Position numbers and translations under genes: made by a program. From Bacteroidota bacterium (lineage in GTDB: Bacteria; Bacteroidota; Bacteroidia; Chitinophagales; Chitinophagaceae): DNA of 64,000 nt. Below, one piece after another: positions 59,550 through 64,000 of the stretch. Within the stretch, counting starts at the first letter, position 1. Each line of letters begins with the position of its first letter. Where the stretch lies: assembly GCA_013286425.1 (NCBI GenBank), contig JABDFS010000002.1:534-64533 (forward strand), given 5' to 3'. Under the pieces are notes generated by a model that had not been told where the DNA came from, did no database searches, and saw nothing but the letters and a program-made list of their open reading frames with translations.

Positions 59550-60284
59550 TTACTTATAAACTACAACAAGTTTCGGCCTTCTTTCCGGAATATAATAATT
59601 GGAAGAGGAGAACTGCATGCATTTATAAATTTGTTCAACAGCCATTCTGAACATAAAGCCATAATTGGTTGATGGATCAGCAACCATTTTTTTAACCATT
59701 GCCGTAACATCAACATGTGCATCATAATTCCATTGTCTGTTCGATATTGGAATTACAACAGCATCAGTTCTTGTTACCTTAGGTTGTGTTGGCCATGTAA
59801 CTGTGGTAGAAACCCAGTTCTGTGTTACCCTTAAAACAGTCATACTGTTGTCTTCTGTATAAGGTGAACGTGGATACAAAGAATTGCCAACAGGTAAATG
59901 TGGACTGTTATCAACGCCATACATGTACAATGTTGCCGAAAGAACCTGTGCGTTTGATGGAATTGCAGATAAGCCTGCAAACTTAATTAATGAACGGCCG
60001 GTAATAGGAATGCCATCGCCTGTCCATGCATAAGCTGCAGTAATGCTTACTGTGTCCCAGTTCCAGTTGGTAATTACAGAATCTCCGCGTTTCCAGGTGA
60101 GCCATGTATCATAACCATCCGAAGGGCCTGGCTGTAATGCAAGTTGCTTCACTCCTTTTGCATTGTCTTCATTTGAAGCATTCAGCGCATTGCTTGTTTG
60201 TGCTGTTTCTTTTTCACAAGCTTGCGAACAGAAAAAGATAAGTAATGAAAATAACAGGATGCGGTTTTGCAGAAGAGTTTTCAT
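59550..60284 (-). CDS. DNRLRE-domain lipoprotein
   Basis: Lipobox QAC; RSLIKF, A.VLSATL, VTW..QP, DVT..V, NYGF, PKLVV.Y. Confidence 0.78.
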   Translation of the reverse strand: MKTLLQNRILLFSLLIFFCSQACEKETAQTSNALNASNEDNAKGVKQLALQPGPSDGYDTWLTWKRGDSVITNWNWDTVSITAAYAWTGDGIPITGRSLIKFAGLSAIPSNAQVLSATLYMYGVDNSPHLPVGNSLYPRSPYTEDNSMTVLRVTQNWVSTTVTWPTQPKVTRTDAVVIPISNRQWNYDAHVDVTAMVKKMVADPSTNYGFMFRMAVEQIYKCMQFSSSNYYIPERRPKLVVVYK

Positions 60285-60451
60285 GTGTTAGAATTTTTGC
60301 GATGAAAATAATATATGAAATTGAAAATTTAATGAGAACTGATGCAGGCAGCAGAGATTTATTATTTAATAATATTTACAGCTTACTGTTGTGAGCAGCA
60401 TTAATCATTCATGTTCATTTAATTTTGATTGTATTCATAACGCTTTATCAC

Positions 60452-61282
60452 ATGAAAAAAATTCTTTGCTTTTTATTCATTATTGTTTGTTACAAATCTT
60501 TTTCGCAACAACAATACGAAACTGTAAAAGCCATTCATTACTATGCTGATTCCGTCAACCAAAAAGATAATTATACAGATTCAACATGCGTACTTGATCT
60601 GTATTATCCCAAAGGCGCAAAAAACTTTCCTACCATTATCTGGTTTCATGGCGGCGGGTTAACAGAGGGCCATCGTGAATTGCCTGAACAATTAAAAAAT
60701 AAAGGTTATGCAATTGTTGGTGTTGAATACCGCTTATCGCCAAAAGTAAAAGCGCCTGCTTATATTGAAGATGCTGCTGCAGCAACTGCGTGGGTGTTTC
60801 ATCACATACAGGAATATGGCGGCAGTGATAAACTTATATTTCTTTCAGGGCATTCTGCGGGCGGATATTTAGACCTGATGATAACGTTGAATAAAAACTA
60901 TCTTTCAAAGTATAATATCGATGCAAACAATGTTGCTGAACTGGTTCCGTTCAGTCCGCAGACCATTACACATTATACCATAAGGCATGAAAGAGGTATT
61001 GGCCCATTACAACCTGTTATTGATTCTTTCGCGCCTTTATATTATGTGCGAAAAGATGCGTCACCAATGCTTTTAATAACGGGCGACAGGAATTTAGAAT
61101 TGTATGGCCGCTATGAAGAGAATGCATATTTATACAGGATGATGTTATTGAACGGAAGCACTACAACAACATTGTATGAATTGCAGGGTTATGATCATGG
61201 AGGAATGCCTGCCGGCGCATTTCCATTATTAATAAAAGAAGCAGATAAACGGGTGAAAGAGATTAATGGAGGCAGTAAATAA
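60452..61282 (+). CDS. Alpha/beta hydrolase (esterase/lipase)
   Basis: LDLYYP, HGGG, YRLSP, GHSAGG; likely start MKKIL at 60452. Confidence 0.9.
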   Translation: MKKILCFLFIIVCYKSFSQQQYETVKAIHYYADSVNQKDNYTDSTCVLDLYYPKGAKNFPTIIWFHGGGLTEGHRELPEQLKNKGYAIVGVEYRLSPKVKAPAYIEDAAAATAWVFHHIQEYGGSDKLIFLSGHSAGGYLDLMITLNKNYLSKYNIDANNVAELVPFSPQTITHYTIRHERGIGPLQPVIDSFAPLYYVRKDASPMLLITGDRNLELYGRYEENAYLYRMMLLNGSTTTTLYELQGYDHGGMPAGAFPLLIKEADKRVKEINGGSK

Positions 61283-61423
61283 ATAATCATTTATTAGGCT
61301 AACATAACGGTTAAAATTGGGAAAATAAATATTACAGAGGTTTGATATTTGACAACCAATTGCGCCGTCATGTCAAGAAAACATACGGTTGCACCGCAAC
61401 CAAAAGAGAAGTGACGCAACTAT

Positions 61424-61551
61424 CGGTCAGACGGTTCCAGCCGTCAGACCGTTCTAAGCTTCAAAACGTCATTGGCAACGATAGTGAGACATCGCTGCAG
61501 AAATTTTATGCTTAAATTATTCGGGAGATTTCTCCTTGCGTCGAAATGACG
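61424..61551. repeat. Cluster of REP-like palindromes between convergent genes
   Basis: CGGTCAGACGG-TTCCAG-CCGTCAGACCG (61424-61451); CGTCATT...GAGATTTCTC..CGTCGAAATGACG (61467-61551). Confidence 0.65.
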
Positions 61552-61628
61552 GGCAAACAGTTTCTTATTAGACTATCAGGCTGAATTTTATATTACTTAC
61601 TTTGAATAGTTTATCGCAAACTGAATAA

Positions 61629-64000
61629 TTAATGCATCAAAACAACTGTTCCTTTTTTATATACAGCAGCGCTGCCCTGTAATTGATAAGCGCATTGCCA
61701 GACATATGTCCCGATGTTTTGCGGCTGCCCTTTAATAGTTCCATCCCAGCCTTTTGAAGGATCGGTTGCAGAGAAGATCAGTTCACCAAAACGATCGTAA
61801 ATATTTAGCTTAAAATAAATCACCTTACCAAAAACCATCGCCCTGAATACATCGTTTTTACCATCACTATTTGGCGTAAAAGCTGATGGTATATAAACAC
61901 CGTACATGCAATCCTTCTGAACTACATCAGTTGCATCTGTGCCACTGCATCCGTTTGCATCAGTAACATTTAATGTATACAATCCGGGCTTGTCAACTGT
62001 TATTGATGGAAATGTTTCTCCCGTTGACCACAGGTAAGTTTCAAAACTTCCCTGCGCAGATAAAGTGAGTTCATCATAAGAACATAAACTATCAACAGGT
62101 TTTAAAAAGTCAGCCGGTGGCTGTAACAATTGCTGCACAGCAAAAGTGTCACTGCCGCTACAATGATCATTATCTGTAACGTTTACCCAATAAACGCCGG
62201 CCTGCGATACATTCAAATATTGTGAAGACGATCCATCATTCCATATATATCCTGCAAACTTTCCTGCATCCAATGTAATGGTTGAGCCGTTGCAAATATT
62301 TTTATCATTACCAAGATCGGGAGTTGGATGTGTATACACATTTACAATATGCATACTGTCTGAAGCAAAACAATCATTGGCATCTTTTGCTCTGACAATA
62401 TATTCCCCGGTTTGATTTACTGTAATGGTTTGTGCGTTGCTTCCGTTATTCCATTGATATGAAGTATAACCATTGCCCGCATTTAAAGTAAGAGAAGCAT
62501 AGTCGCAAAAGCTTGTATCATTTCCAAGATTTACAGGCCTTGCATATTTGGTTGAAACATTAACAGAGTCTGAAGTTACACAACCATCATGCGTAGTTGC
62601 ATCGGCATATATCAATTGGTTTTGATTGATAACAGCAGATGCATTTGTATTGTTATTATTATTTAGTGAAGAAGGAAACCAGGTGTACTTTACAAATCCT
62701 GCAGAAGCAGTTAAACTGATTGTATCGCCCACACAAATCGTTGTATCGTTACCGATGCTGAAAGGAGGAACTTTTGCTGAAGCAACAACCAACGTATCTG
62801 AATAAACATTGCTGCAGAAATCAGTAACATCAACATAATATTTTCCCGGCTGATCTGCCATAAATGTAGAGTCATGTGATCCGTTTTGCCAGGTATATGT
62901 ATTATACTTACCGGCATTTAGAACAATTGAATCTCCATCACACAAAATTGTATCAGCGCCAAGGTCTAAAACATTATTGGTTGATTGCACATTCACTAAA
63001 ACAGAATCAGTTACTGTTAGTGAACACGCACCACCTGACACCTGTGCATAGATCTTGCCTGACCAGTCTTTATTAAATTTTACATCAAGCGTTGTATCAT
63101 TAGGATATTCAATTTTACTTATTGATGACGAATCAAAATTCCATGTAAGCCCGGCGCCGCATTCTTTGTTTTTATAAGCTGTAAAAACAGCTTCCGGGTT
63201 CGTTTCACAATAACTGAGCTTGCCATGAATTTTTATACTATCGCATATTGATTGAGTATTGCACATACTTTCTTCAGTAATGTTTTGTGCACCAACCGAA
63301 AATGTATTTGATATAGTATATAACTCATTAAATGCTGAATCATTCACCTGGAATTGCGGGTAATCGGTATACTTTAAATCTCCAAAAAAAGCAAATGAAG
63401 AATCAAAACCGGCACATTCACTCTGTGTTGTATCACTTGGATATCTTTTTCTTAATGCTAAAAAACTTTGGTATTCAGAATTATTTTCAGTCTGATAATT
63501 GGAATAATGAAGAATGCTGTTATCTGCATTAAGAAATAATTCTGCATTGCCATAAGAGCCTGTATGCTGGTATAATATCCGGCTTTTTATAAAACGCCCG
63601 TTCACAATATTTGCAAAGAAGATCTGCTGTTCATTCGGGTCTGTAAACTTAAGCCAGTTAATAGCTGCATCACCTGAAGGGTTTACTCTGATGTTGCTTG
63701 AATAATAGCCTGACTGGCCGTCTGTACTTATGCTGTTCGTGCCAACAGTATAACCATTAACGTAAGAAAGATCATGGTCAAATTCCACAACGCCAAACAT
63801 CTCATCATGAATGCCATCCTGAGAATAAGCATTCAGCATATTGCCATAAATATAAAAATGGCCATTATCGCCTGTCTGCATTTGCATGGTCCAGTATCCA
63901 AATGGCTTATAGTAAAAATCCGGGTAAGGATAATCTGCTTTAAAGGGTTTTACAGATATAGTTTTTCCAGTATTATAATCCAGTATTTGAAAAAAAAGGT
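61629..64000 (-). CDS. Large secreted protein with T9SS type B (gliding motility-associated) CTD; 5' end outside the window
   Basis: Repeated LG.DT.IC..LNAG..Y.W..G Ig-like units; PSAFTPNSDGKND, IYDRFG, WDG, GTY; frame open to 64000. Confidence 0.92.
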   Translation of the reverse strand, partial: LFFQILDYNTGKTISVKPFKADYPYPDFYYKPFGYWTMQMQTGDNGHFYIYGNMLNAYSQDGIHDEMFGVVEFDHDLSYVNGYTVGTNSISTDGQSGYYSSNIRVNPSGDAAINWLKFTDPNEQQIFFANIVNGRFIKSRILYQHTGSYGNAELFLNADNSILHYSNYQTENNSEYQSFLALRKRYPSDTTQSECAGFDSSFAFFGDLKYTDYPQFQVNDSAFNELYTISNTFSVGAQNITEESMCNTQSICDSIKIHGKLSYCETNPEAVFTAYKNKECGAGLTWNFDSSSISKIEYPNDTTLDVKFNKDWSGKIYAQVSGGACSLTVTDSVLVNVQSTNNVLDLGADTILCDGDSIVLNAGKYNTYTWQNGSHDSTFMADQPGKYYVDVTDFCSNVYSDTLVVASAKVPPFSIGNDTTICVGDTISLTASAGFVKYTWFPSSLNNNNNTNASAVINQNQLIYADATTHDGCVTSDSVNVSTKYARPVNLGNDTSFCDYASLTLNAGNGYTSYQWNNGSNAQTITVNQTGEYIVRAKDANDCFASDSMHIVNVYTHPTPDLGNDKNICNGSTITLDAGKFAGYIWNDGSSSQYLNVSQAGVYWVNVTDNDHCSGSDTFAVQQLLQPPADFLKPVDSLCSYDELTLSAQGSFETYLWSTGETFPSITVDKPGLYTLNVTDANGCSGTDATDVVQKDCMYGVYIPSAFTPNSDGKNDVFRAMVFGKVIYFKLNIYDRFGELIFSATDPSKGWDGTIKGQPQNIGTYVWQCAYQLQGSAAVYKKGTVVLMH

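Noticed and set aside
1-64000. rRNA or tRNA genes
   Set aside because: No cloverleaf with a T-loop GTTC(G/A)A and acceptor stem, and no rRNA signatures, were seen by eye; tRNAscan-SE and barrnap would confirm.

Overview
AT-rich bacterial chromosome segment, by inference Bacteroidota and probably Chitinophagaceae-like (T9SS type A and B C-terminal domains, TAnnTTTG promoters, A-rich translation starts). It carries about 55 CDS: housekeeping genes (rplK-rplA-rplJ-rplL, tsaE, ald, mazG, crcB), an arginine deiminase plus CtlX-like pair, a TetR-EmrA-EmrB-TolC efflux operon, a stressosome (RsbR/S/T/X-like) operon wired to a two-component output, and a cNMP-kinase / REC-Grx-TrxR / zf-UBP triad. I saw no rRNA, tRNA, CRISPR, integrase or transposase. 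The strongest unexplained structure is at 26.6-31.0 kb: co-oriented genes separated by 140-200 bp imperfect hairpins bounded by ...AAC / GTT... cores, where the two ends of each gene unit are complementary to each other. This looks like an integron-type cassette array with no integrase. Also notable are two copies of a palindromic array of 11-bp phased repeats, a candidate sRNA, an NDT/DUF4071 (ASK1-like) gene, an orphan PGM1-like ATP-grasp ligase and several nested REP-like repeat families. Product calls come from motif recognition by eye; no searches were run.
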